From Microthyrium microscopicum (lineage: Eukaryota): a DNA stretch of 59,834 nucleotides. Each line of letters opens with the position of its first letter. Position 1 is the first letter of the stretch. The notes below the pieces were generated by a model. It did not search any database and was not told where the DNA came from. It saw only the letters and a program-made list of their open reading frames with translations. Made by a program: the position numbers and the translations under genes. The DNA lies in contig MU004243.1 in NCBI GenBank assembly GCA_010405405.1, forward strand, positions 1,049,340 through 1,109,173, written 5' to 3'. Below are positions 1 through 11,558 of this stretch, piece after piece.

Positions 1-691
1 CAATATTGGCTGGATTACCAAGAAATCTCAGAAGCTCCTGAAACGGCGCAACGCGATCCAGCAAGCTCTCAAAAGCTTCCCGGCTCTCATTCGCTGTTGT
101 TATGACATCAGCCAGCGCATCATCCGGCCATGTCGGCGCCAGCACTGGTTCAGGTGCCAGATAATGCTCAGCAAGGCTTGCGAGCAAGTGCACTGCATCC
201 TCCTTCCTCTTTCGCTTCCTTGGCAGTGGTCGCGACTCCGCTGGCAGAGGCTCAACGACTTGCTTTGGCGCCAAATAATGCTCAGCAAGTCCAGCTAGCA
301 AATGCGCTGCATCCTCTTTACTTTTCTTTCGCTTCCTTGGTTGTCGGCGAGACTCGGCTAGTGCAGGAAATATACGCCCATCTGGTGGCTCCCAAGCCGG
401 CTCTTTTGCTTTCCAAGCCGTGGAAGCGAATAGTTTTGATCCAAACAGCGCACCAATATCAATTGCTGACGCAGGGCTATAGGATTGGTATTGACCCATT
501 CGACGCTTCCCCAGTCGTCGTTGGGCTTCCAGTGGCCCTGGTACACTACTTCCATGTCTCTTCTTGACAACATTTGCGAATCGATTGTAGGCGTTGTTGA
601 GGATGGAGTCTGATATCCAGATAAAGTTGTGAGGTTGGGAAGACGAGAGTTGTTTGGCGAGTCGGCGACATTGCGGGCGAGAAGGGTTCAT
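1..691 (-). CDS. Conserved fungal hypothetical protein, N-terminal 230 aa (continues off the left edge); possible mitochondrial presequence
   Basis: Hand translation from ATG at 691 is open to base 1: MNPSRPQCRRLAKQLSSSQPHNFIWISDSILNNAYNRFANVVKKRHGSSVPGPLEAQRRLGKRRMG... The WISD..L..A..RF...RHGS.VPGPLEA.RRL.KRRM motif is one I recall from uncharacterised Pezizomycotina proteins. Absent from the ORF track because there is no stop in the window. Confidence 0.8.
   Translation of the reverse strand, partial: MNPSRPQCRRLAKQLSSSQPHNFIWISDSILNNAYNRFANVVKKRHGSSVPGPLEAQRRLGKRRMGQYQSYSPASAIDIGALFGSKLFASTAWKAKEPAWEPPDGRIFPALAESRRQPRKRKKSKEDAAHLLAGLAEHYLAPKQVVEPLPAESRPLPRKRKRKEDAVHLLASLAEHYLAPEPVLAPTWPDDALADVITTANESREAFESLLDRVAPFQELLRFLGNPANI
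149..358 (-). repeat. Intragenic tandem duplication, 117-bp (39-aa) period, 2 copies
   Basis: AESRRQPRKRKKSKEDAAHLLAGLAEHYLAPK (from 358) versus AESRPLPRKRKRKEDAVHLLASLAEHYLAPE (from 241). Confidence 0.9.
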
Positions 692-931
692 GAAGCGAGA
701 GACATTGGGCGATGAGTTGTTGAGCCTTCTATTTACGAGTCGATTGGGCGCATGTAGGAGGCAGAAGTTTGGGCTTGGTGATGTGTTTGCTGGGTGGATT
801 GAAATTCAAGAAAACAGTTGAGATGGAAGCAGTTGAATTGAACTTTTTGACTTTCAAACTTTCAAGCTTCAATTGGAGGACAGGGGTCAGTCTTGGCGCG
901 ATTTTTAATTCAGCGCATCTGGCTATTTTAT

Positions 932-1000
932 GCCTGGAAGAACCTCTATAGGTTCGGAAGGGATAGTATTAGTAAAAAAAGGAAAAAGGGAGGTTAGTGA
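932..1000 (+). repeat. Left imperfect terminal inverted repeat of the giant element
   Basis: GCCTGGAAGAAC...TAGGT...AGTAAAAAAAGGAAAAAGGGAGGTTAGTGA, aligning with the reverse complement of 25294-25357. Confidence 0.6.
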
Positions 1001-1399
1001 GTTTTCTACCTAGAAATGATTTTGCCCTACGTTATAATTTATAATTATTTCGTCTAATTTGTCTCTCTAATTAGTTTCTAAAGCAAGACCTTTAATTAGT
1101 TTAACTATCTTAATTCTTTAGTCCTTTTTAAGCTATAAGTTATTAACTAAGGTTTAATCTATTAAAGATATTAATTATTATTAACTATCTTAATTATATT
1201 AACTATTTTATTACTATTATATATTTTTACTACTAATTATTAATATTAATTGTTAAAGTTATTATTAGTTTCCTCTTTCTCTTTCTTTATTTTATTATTA
1301 TCTATATTATTACTATCTTTTATATCTTAGTATTATAGTATTAAAGCTAGCTCTATATAAAGGTTAACTAGTCTCTTTAACTTTCTAATATTTAATAGA

Positions 1400-3100
1400 T
1401 AGTATTTAAGATTATATATATTTATATTATAAATACGTATTTTTAATAATTTTGCTATTAGATATTAGTATATAGAGACTTTAATAAAAATATATAGGTA
1501 GTAGCGTTTAGTATATAGTTAAAATAATTACTTAGATTAATTAGATAAAGAGTTATTACTTTTATTTTCTTTATAGATCTATTATTATATTAATTATATA
1601 TTTAGTATTATAAATAAAGCTCTTATTTACTAACGTATTTTTTTATATTTTTTTTAGAAAGGTATTAAATAATAGTTTAGTTATAAAAGGTTTAGTAATA
1701 AACCTTATAGGAAGGCTCTAATATAATAAGTTTTTATATAAAAGAATCTATTTAAGGCCTAATTCTTTATATTTTAGTAAGTCTTAGAAATATAGTAGTA
1801 TTAGCTATTTTATAAAGTATTATTATATATAGTATAAGAAAAAAAAGTAAAATACTTAGTAATCTATAAAAACTACTTATTTTTACTTATTAAATATAGC
1901 TATTTTATTTATATAAAAGTAAATATATTAGTAGGTAATTAAGAATATCTTACCTTAGAGATATATTTTAAACTATTATAGTATTTTAACTTTCTATTAT
2001 TTAAGGTTAGATATATTTACTAATTTTATTACGCGTTATTAAACTTATAGATTTTTAAGATACTAGCTAGTATAGACTTATATAATAATTTTATTAATTT
2101 TAAGAGGTAAGATTAGTATTCTTTTATATTAGTACGTATTATTAAACTTCTTTTCCTTTTTATTAGCTTAATTTATATAGTATAGTAGTTTACTATCTTA
2201 TAGTAACGTTAGCTTTAGAAAAGCTATTAGCTAGGGCTAATAGTTTTAATAAACTACTTTATATATTAATAGTAATAAAGAAGTATAAGTTATAATTAGT
2301 AAAAAAGTATTTATAAAGTATTTTTTTATTATTATAAGTAAAGAATAGATTAATAATAAGTAAGTAAGTAATTTATTACTACTCTTTAACGATTTAGGCT
2401 TTTATTTATAGTAAACGTACGTATATTTATTAACTTTTTATATTTTTATAAAAGTTATAATATTAAGAGTTTATGCTATAAATAGTTATACTAATAATAA
2501 ATAAGTTATTTTATTTACTTTTTCTTCTTTATTTTTGCGTAATTTTTTTTATTTTAGTTATATATTTTAATACTTTAACTTTTTAGTATAAAATATAGGT
2601 TATATTAATAACTAAGTATAATTTATAGTATATTTATTTATAGATTTATTTCTTTAGTATTATTATAAAGAGTAGAGATAGGTAAGCTTTTAGAATAAAT
2701 TAACTCTTTAATTATATAGTTTTATATTCTACGTAGTTATAATAATTATAATACGTTATAGTTATACTAAATATATTATAGCTTATTTTACTTATTTATA
2801 ATATTTTACTACTAATAGCTATTATAACTTATTTTATTTATTTATAATATTTTACTACTAATAGCTATAAGTAAGTTTTTATTCTTTATAAATTATAAAT
2901 ATACTATTTCGTAGTATAGCTATATTTTTAAGTAGTATTATAGTAATTACTTTTTTTTTAACTTATATACTTTTTAAGTAAGAATATAAGATTTATATAT
3001 TACTAATAGGTAAATTAAATTTATAGAAAGTTATAGAGTATATAAAGTAAATATAATATTTATAGTAAAGGAGTTTATTAATTTTTTATAAAGAAAAGAA
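1400..3100 (+). pseudogene. RIP-destroyed multi-intron gene at the element's 5' end; candidate tyrosine recombinase 'captain' (DUF3435-like); limits approximate
   Basis: Plus-strand splice signals: TACTAAC 1628 with TAG 1657; GTAAG 2107; GTAAGT 2360 with TTAG 2397; GTAAGC 2682 with TAG 2719; GTAAGT 2871 with TAG 2914. Codons at 2625-2663 can be back-mutated to M-A-H-S-S-T-D-S-F-L-Q-H-Y, resembling the H...F..HY active-site segment. That reconstruction is permissive and no clear RRG motif was found. Confidence 0.35.
2774..2865. repeat. 46-bp tandem duplication (2 copies)
   Basis: tattatagcttattttacttatttataatattttactactaatagc followed by tattataacttattttatttatttataatattttactactaatagc; the two differences are transitions. 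Confidence 0.85.
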
Positions 3101-3449
3101 CTTAGGGCTTAAAGCTTATAAGTAAAAGACTTAGATATAATTTACTTAAATAACTAATAACCTATTCTAGTAATATTTTCTATTAATCTAAATAAGAGAA
3201 CCTATAAAAGAAATTAATTAATTTTAATAAAGTCTTTTTTAGAATTACTATAAAGTAAGTTACTATTAATAGTAGTTATCTAGCTAGAGTAATAGAGAAT
3301 TTTACTATTAAAAATAGTATTAGTATATTTTAAGTACTTATTTTTATTAATATTATTTTAGTATATAGTAATAAGAAAGTATTTATAAGTAAAGAAGTTT
3401 ATTATAACGTAGTTATAGTTTTATTAAATTATTAGTAAAAAAATCTAGT

Positions 3450-4030
3450 TATATAATACTTATAAAATTTATTTTACTTATACTAAAGATAGTCCTAACT
3501 AAAGTATCTAACATAGCTTAAATAATGACTTAAAGGCTATAAAGAGCTTTACTATAAAAGAAAAGATAGCTATCTATAATAGCCTTATATATAGATTTAA
3601 TAATAATATAGATTAAGGTAGTATTAAGAAGAAGATTTATAAAGAAGTTATTTAAAAAGTACTTTAATTATATAGTATCTTTCTTTAGGTAAGAGGCATA
3701 TATAATAAAAATATAGAGAAACTAAAATAGTTAATTAAGTAGGATAATAACTTCTCTAATACTAGTATTAGTAGTAAAATAAATAGTAAGGTTATAGATA
3801 AAGAGTTAGCTAGGCGCCTAATCTATAAAACTAGCTTTAGTAGCTAGTATAAAAATACTACCTTAAGGAGTTAGTATAAATAATAGTACTATATTACTTA
3901 CTAGAATATTAATATTAGTCTACTAAAAAAAGATATAATTAGTACTTATAATAAGATAGATTAGTAAATTATTAGATAAAGAATTAAAGTTAGGAATAGC
4001 TAAGAAACTTAAAGGGATAGTAGGAGATAT
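3450..4030 (-). pseudogene. RIPed intron-containing cargo gene of unknown function; limits approximate
   Basis: Minus-strand intron GTAAGT...TACTAAC...TAAG at 3901-3862. A pyrimidine-rich leader-like tract lies upstream on the minus strand (~4080-4110). Confidence 0.35.
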
Positions 4031-5164
4031 ATAATTTTAATAATAATAGGCTACGTAAGATATATAGATTAAAGTTAAAGAAGAAAAAGAAGAAAAGAGG
4101 AAGAGTAGTAAGATATTTAAATTTATAAAAGTAGTAGAAAAGTAAAATAACTAAAAGCTTAGACGTTACTTTAGGCCTTTATAGAAGTAGGTTATTATAA
4201 GTAGAAGCTTAAAAAATTAGAAAGAAAGGTATAATATTAAGTTTTAATTATAAGATTATATAATTAGAAGCTATAACTAGCTTATTATTATATAATTATA
4301 AGTAAGTAATATTATTTAATATTTTATCTACTAAATTTATTTTAAAGAAGTAGGCGCTTTACTAAAATGTTTATATCTAGTAAAGTATAGATAGATTATT
4401 AGTAAAGATTATTAAGTATAGAAGTTATAATTAGTTTATTATAATAAGAGCTTTAGTACTTAATAGGTATCTAGGTAGTTATAAAGCTAATTATTAAAAA
4501 ATTTTTAATTAGATAAGGTTAATAGCTAGCACTATTAATTTTTATATATAAGGCTAAACTTTCTAGTTTATTAATTAGATTATTTTATACTTTTAAATCT
4601 TAGGTATTAGGCTAGTTATACTTTTTCTTTATTATAGTAAGTATATTTTAGAAGCTATTTATAAATAGTTATTAGTTATATTAATAGCGCTAATATAGGA
4701 AAAGGAATTACTTTAAAAGTATAGAAGCTTAAGAATACTATAGCTTATTCTAATATTTATTTTCTAAACTTCTTCTTTTCTTCTTTTTCTTATTTTATAA
4801 CTCTTTATAAAAACTTTACCTATTATAAAGTAAAATAATACCTCTAAAATAATACTTTATTAATTTTAGTACTAGACGTATAAAGGTTTTAAACTTAATA
4901 AATAATTTGCCTTTATTTATTTAACGTAGTATAATAAGAAATATTAATATTACTAAAAATACTAATTCTTTAAATCTTTTTAGCTCTACTACTACTTGCT
5001 ATTATATTCTACCTTTACTTAACTTATAGAATAACTAGACTTTAGGTTCTTATTAAGTTTCTTAAATTATTATTATTAACTTAACTATAGATAGTCTTTT
5101 TTATAGTAGCTATAGTAACGCTCTAATATCTAGTAGTATTTATTTGCTAGTAATACTAGGAAGT

Positions 5165-5308
5165 AATTTATTTTATTATATTTAAAGTATAATACTAAGT
5201 TTTACTAGCGCTAATTTACCTTATTACGTTTAAAGTATAGTACTAAGTCTTACTAGCGCTAATTTAGCTTAATATTTCTAAGGTATAGCCTTAAGCTTAA
5301 CTAGAACT
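5165..5308. repeat. 48-bp tandem repeat x3 (16-codon period)
   Basis: Units 5165-5212, 5213-5260 and 5261-5308 share aattta...aagtata..tactaagt.ttactagcgct; the third unit is more diverged. Confidence 0.85.
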
Positions 5309-8300
5309 AATTTTTCTATTTTATTTTTTTAATTTATAATGACTTATATAAATCCTTTTATTACTACTTAATTTATATAATAATCTTAGTTTTTTAGAAG
5401 TCTTAATCTTTATAGATAACTTAATTTACTAACTTCTTTATAGACTTTAAAGAAACTAAGACTTTTAAAGTCTACTAGTATATTAAATAATATAGGTTAT
5501 AGTTTATAAATAACTTTTAAAATTTTTAGAACCTAGCGCGTATAAAATATAATAAAAAGAATTATACTTTATAATATAAATAGAGATAAAAATAAGAATA
5601 AAAATAATAAGGATAAGTAATAGAAAAGAATAGAATAGATTAACTAAAAATAATTAAGAATTAGCCTAGGTATAGATATAAAAGAAGTAGTAAATAATAA
5701 CCTATATTCTATATTTTTTATTTCCTTAAGTATTTTTTTATATTTACTATAATATTATATATTATTCTTTAATTTTACTTAGTATTAGTAGTACTATTTA
5801 TAAAGTACTTAGTATTTAGATTAGGAGTATTTTTTAACAAATTCCTTTAAAGTCTAAATTAAATAGTTTTTTAAAAGTTAAATACTTTATAATTTAGCTT
5901 TAGGTATCTTATAATTTTTGAATGCCTCTTAGCTTAATAAGTTAGAAATCTATATACTTTCCTTATTTATAGCTTAAGATAACTAGATATAAAAACTATA
6001 AAACCTAGATAATTTAGACTTCTTAGTCTTAAGAATAGATAATTTATATTTTATTATATTTATTTATATTTTCTTACTATATAGTAAATTAATAAGAGTT
6101 TATAAAAATATATACCCTTAAGCTTTATATATTATTATACTAAATAAAGGAATATATAATAGTCCTTTTTTTATATATTTAATTTTATTTTTTATTATAA
6201 AAATAGTAGGTTCTAGTATTATTATAATAATTCTTAATAGAAGAAGTCTAACTTATAGGTTCTTAGTGCCTTTAGATTTTATAACTAGCGCTATAGGTAG
6301 ACTAAAATATATTATAATAAGCTTAGAAATTAGATATTTTAAATAACTCTCGTCTAGAATAATTATAATAGTTATAAATTACGCTTTATTTATAAATATT
6401 AGGCTAATATTAATATTATTTATAGTTATAATAAAGGTATTTAGCATAAATATAAAGTATAGTAAGATTTTAATACTAGTCTTATTAGGATATTATTTAA
6501 TAGTAGTATTTATTAAATTATAAGTAATTAGTACTTAAGTTTCTAAGTTAGAAATATCTTTCTACGTATATATTAAAAAGAAAATTAAAAGAAGAAGTTA
6601 ATATTTCTCTAAGTATTAAATAGCTACTTTAATATTAAAAATTACTTTTAGTTTATTTATTACTATAATTATATAAAGTCTAGTTATAAAGTCTTAATCT
6701 TAGGAATTTTTCATCTTTTTTAGGAGAAGGTTATAGTCTACGTCTATTTATTACTTATTTTATAGCCTTTTAAGTATTCCTAAAAGTATTTAATAATTTT
6801 ATATATAAACTTATTTTATAAGTATAATAACGTTATTAAATTAATAAAATAGTTATACTCTTTAGTTTTATTTTACTACTTAACTATTACTACTTATTTA
6901 TATTATACTTATAGAACTAATTAGTAAAAATTAATAGAAATTGCTATAAAGAAATATAATAAGAATCTCTTTAAATAAAATATATTTTTTACCTAGTAAG
7001 TAGCATTTTAAGTTAATATTCTAGAAAGTCTTTCTACTAATTATACTAATTTTATTAATAATAAGAAGTTTATATTTTTTCTATACTTACTTTTTAGCTA
7101 ATTAAATAATAAAAATAGTATTTATTTATCTATTTAGCTTATTTTTTTAGTTATATTACATTAATATATTACTAGTATTTCTAAATAAAAGACTTAATAC
7201 TAAATAAATAATTAAACCTTAAATATTAGTTACTATACTTCTAATAAAAGTAGTAATTATTATTTCTTCTTAAAGCTTTAATTTATTAAAAATATTTTAG
7301 ATAGCGTTAATAACTTATAATTTCTTTATTTTACTAATACTACTAATATATATAAAAAGTTATTTACGTAAATCTTTAATTTTAATTTTTTCTATTTAGT
7401 ACTAATATAAAAAAGAAAAGATAGTTATTATAACTTAGTTTTATAATTTATTAAGGCCCTATCTTTTATAGCTATTAATTAACGTATTAAGATAATTATT
7501 AAAAAAGTTTATATATAACTCTAATATTATATTTTATAATCTTAAAGAACTTAGAGATCTAAATAAATAAGTAATAAGTTAATTTTAAATAATATCTTTA
7601 ATTTCTTCTTTATTATTTTGCGTAATAATGCTTTAGTTTAGTTTATTCTATATCTTTTTTAATAATTTTATTCTATTTAATATAGTCTTAGCTAATTTAG
7701 TAGTATTAAGATCTACTTTATTATAAAACTTTCTTATACGTTATAAAATATCTATATTACTAAAAGACGTATAAAGGTTATTTATAGTAGAATTAAGCTT
7801 ACTTATAAAACTATAAATAGTAAAAGAATTAGCTTCTAAGTTTCTTAGTCGTAAAGACTATAATAGCTAGTTTTAGATCGTTATAATACTTAAAATTATA
7901 ATATTATTAACGTTAAGAATATTTAAGACTTTATTACTATATATATTATAATTCTTAAAGCTAGAATTTATACTATTATTATTTATTTACGCTTTCTAAA
8001 GATTATAATCTATTATAGTAGCTTCCTTAGCTTTCTTAAGATTCCTAATATTTTCTATATAAAAGGCGACTCTTAAACTTAGTAATTTCTTTTTGCTTAT
8101 CTAAATAATATTTAGCTCTAAAAGATTAAAGGCTAAAAACTTTTCCTATAGTATAAATAATACTAAATAAAAAGTTATATTTCTATATAGTTATTAGCTT
8201 TTCTTTAATATTATTAAGAGATTAAATATACTTTTAATAATATTTATTATTTTATAGTTTATTAAGTAAATAAGATATAATATTATCTAAGATAATAATT

Positions 8301-11132
8301 TAAAGTTTTATAAATAGAACTATTTTTTACATCTATTCTTATTTTATTATAAACTTTAGTAAAAAATTAATATCTTTAATTATTATAGGCCTATTTTTCT
8401 TCTTCTTAATAACTTTAATACGTATAGTATAATTATAAAGGTTTAGTATTATAAATATTAGATTATAGTTTTTATAGGTAATTAATAAAAGTAAAGTTTT
8501 ACTAGTCTTTCTAATACTAATACTTAAATTAATTTAAGGTTCTACGTCTATTTTTAAGTATATTTATTCTATAAGTAAAGTGCTTTTATAATAAATTTTC
8601 TAATAAAGTAGGTTAAGTAAGATATATTACTAAGTTATATTTTCTATACTTAAAAAGTATATTCTATAATTAAGAAGAAAGTTATAAACTTTTATAAATA
8701 AAACTAAATAGTTTATAATAAGCTAATTTATAACCTTTTAAAGAAAGTAAATAGAAGTTAAGCAACTTTATAATAAAGTTAGTAATAACTATTCTTTTTA
8801 TTATTATATATCTTATTATTTATAGAGTTATCTCTTTATTTTTAATTATTTTTTTTTCTTCTTTAATAAGTATATATATTTCTTATATAACTATTATACG
8901 CTTTTAAGTTAGTATTATAGTTTTAGTAGCGTAATTTATTATATAAAATAATATTAATAGTCTATAACCTTTAAATAAGATAAATAATATATTTATATTA
9001 TAGCAAAAGCTAATAGCTATTAATAGATTATATTTATTTACTTTACTATTATTTTATATAACTTTTAGTACTTTATCTTTAATTATTATATTCTTATATA
9101 ATAGCTAAGAAAAATAGAATCTATAAAGTTATTATTTAGTCCTAGCTACTTTTAGTATAATAGCTTTAAGAGTATATTTTATATAAGTTTTTATATACTT
9201 ATATATTTAAATACTACTAGTTTATAGATTTACTTTTAATTTAAATTATATAGATAAGTAACTTAGGTTTATAATAAACTTATTAATTTTTCTTTAGTCT
9301 CTAAATAAATTTATTAGGGTACGTTTTAAGGCTATTATTACGCTTAGGATAACTAATTTAGATATTAACCTATTAATAAACTAAATAAACTTATTTTTAA
9401 AATTTATATTATCTATATTTTATAAAGTTTCTACTAATAATAAGAAATAAAGGTTGCCTTTTAACTATAGAAAGCTATATATATAAAGAGACTCTCGTTT
9501 ATTAGTTTTTATTATTAAGAAATAGTAATTAATATAACTAAAAACTAAATTATCTCTAATTTTAATAAAATACTTAAAGAAGAGCTCTATTTCTCTTTAA
9601 AAAAATTATACTAATATAACTAAGTCTAATATATATTATATATTTATATAAATTTAGAATTATTCTATATTAGTCTCTAATTATTTTATAAATTTATTTA
9701 CTTACTATAATGTTTAATCTTAAAATATTACTAGCTATAATTTTATAATATTATTAATATTATTTAGGTTAATAGTAAATTAGATATTTAAAAAACTATT
9801 TTTTATATAAATTACTTTAATTTATTTATATATATAAATATAACTTTTATTAAATAATAGTTATTTATTAAAATAACTTAATACTTCTTAGAGTAATAAT
9901 AAGATAGTTAGATTACTAGTAATATATAAGTTTATAAGTTTAGTTTTTATTACTTTAAATTATTTTAGTATTAAATTTTAAAAAATATTTTTAATTTTCT
10001 ATAGGCTTAATAAAGATAACTTCTAAAAAGTAATAGTATTAACTAAATCCTTTTAGATAGTATTAAAAATTAGGAAGAGAAAAATAGGATAATAAGTAAA
10101 TTTATCTCTATAGTAGAAAATAAGACCTTTTATCTATAGTTTAAACTAAAGTTAAAATTTTAACTAAATTAGTATATTATATTTTATATATACTTTTAGA
10201 TTTATAAGCTTAAAAGTATTTAAACTAAGGCGATTATATACTCTACTTTAATAAATTATATAAACGTAGATACTAAGTAACTCTTTTAATTTATAAAGTC
10301 CTTTAAGACTAAAAAAGAATAGTATTAGAAAGATTTTTAGGTAATAGCTTAGGTTCTTTAAGTTAGTAAAGCTACTATTTACTAGCTATACTTGCTTAAT
10401 AAATAGTATTTTAGTATCTTTACTAATAATAGAATTTTATAGAAACTCTAAAGATAATAACGGCTAGTATTCTCTATCTATTTTATTAAGATCTATAAAT
10501 ATATTTAATATTATTAGTAATAATTTATTCTTATTCTTATTATCTTAAAACTTTTTTATATTTTATAAAGGTTAGATAGTCTTAAAATACTATTATATAA
10601 TTCTTAGATTTTTATTATCTTCTTTATTAAAGTTAGTATTAGTTAATAGGTAGAATTAAAGAAAATTATTAATAATTTTCTTTTTATATTTTTTTTTTTT
10701 TTTTATAGTTCTTAGATTATTTATATTTATAAGGCTAATTATAGCTTTATTTATAAGCTTTTTTATAATTAGTTCTAAATTTAATATATTATTATAGAAA
10801 ATAAAGAGTATATTTAAACTAGGTACTAAAAGTATTTTAAAAACTCTAAATTTATTAATTTTAATATTAGAATATAAATAATTATTAGCTTTTAGCTAAT
10901 ATAAGGTTATAAGTATTTTTTAAGGCTATATCTAGATAAGTTTAGTAAGTTAAGTTAGCTATAGTTTATTTAGTTCTAAGAAAGATATATAGATTAATTC
11001 TTATAATTTAATAAAATTATATAATAAGATAGATATTATTAAACTAGTAAGATCCTAAGCTAAGATAATAGTAATTTAGCCTTTAGGTTTATAGCAAGCT
11101 CTCTTTATAGTATTATTTCTCTTATTATATAC

Positions 11133-11237
11133 NNNNNNNNNNNNNNNNNNNNNNNNNNNNNNNNNNNNNNNNNNNNNNNNNNNNNNNNNNNNNNNNNNNN
11201 NNNNNNNNNNNNNNNNNNNNNNNNNNNNNNNNNNNNN
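11133..11237. other. Assembly gap (N run)
   Basis: Run of n characters. Confidence 1.
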
Positions 11238-11432
11238 TAATAGTTTAAACTTTTATTAGAACTTATACTTAATATTAAAATTAAGCTAAGAGAAATAAGT
11301 TATATTCTCTTTAGTATAATCTAGTTCTTTATATAGAGTAGCTTCTTTAATATTATATCTAGTTCTAATAGTAAATAAAGTTAGTAGTATTTATATATTA
11401 TTCTATATATTTCTAATTTACCTTAGTAATAA

Positions 11433-11558
11433 TCTAGATATACTTATATCTAATCTTACCTTTCTTTTCTTTAGTCTAAATATACTTATATCTAATATTA
11501 GCTTTATCTTCTTTAGTCTAGATATATTTATATCTAATCTTAGTTTTTTTTTTTTTTA
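11433..11558. repeat. 42-bp tandem repeat x3 (14-codon period)
   Basis: tctagatatacttatatctaatcttacctttcttttctttag / tctaaatatacttatatctaatattagctttatcttctttag / tctagatatatttatatctaatcttagttttt... Confidence 0.85.

Noticed and set aside
130..567. 145-aa plus-strand ORF
   Set aside because: Antisense shadow of the minus-strand gene 1-691, which carries the recognisable conserved motif.
5165..11558. 48-bp and 42-bp repeats as CRISPR-like arrays or a pentapeptide-repeat gene
   Set aside because: Head-to-tail units without spacers in a eukaryotic context; the LTGADL-like reading is only one of several possible RIP back-translations.
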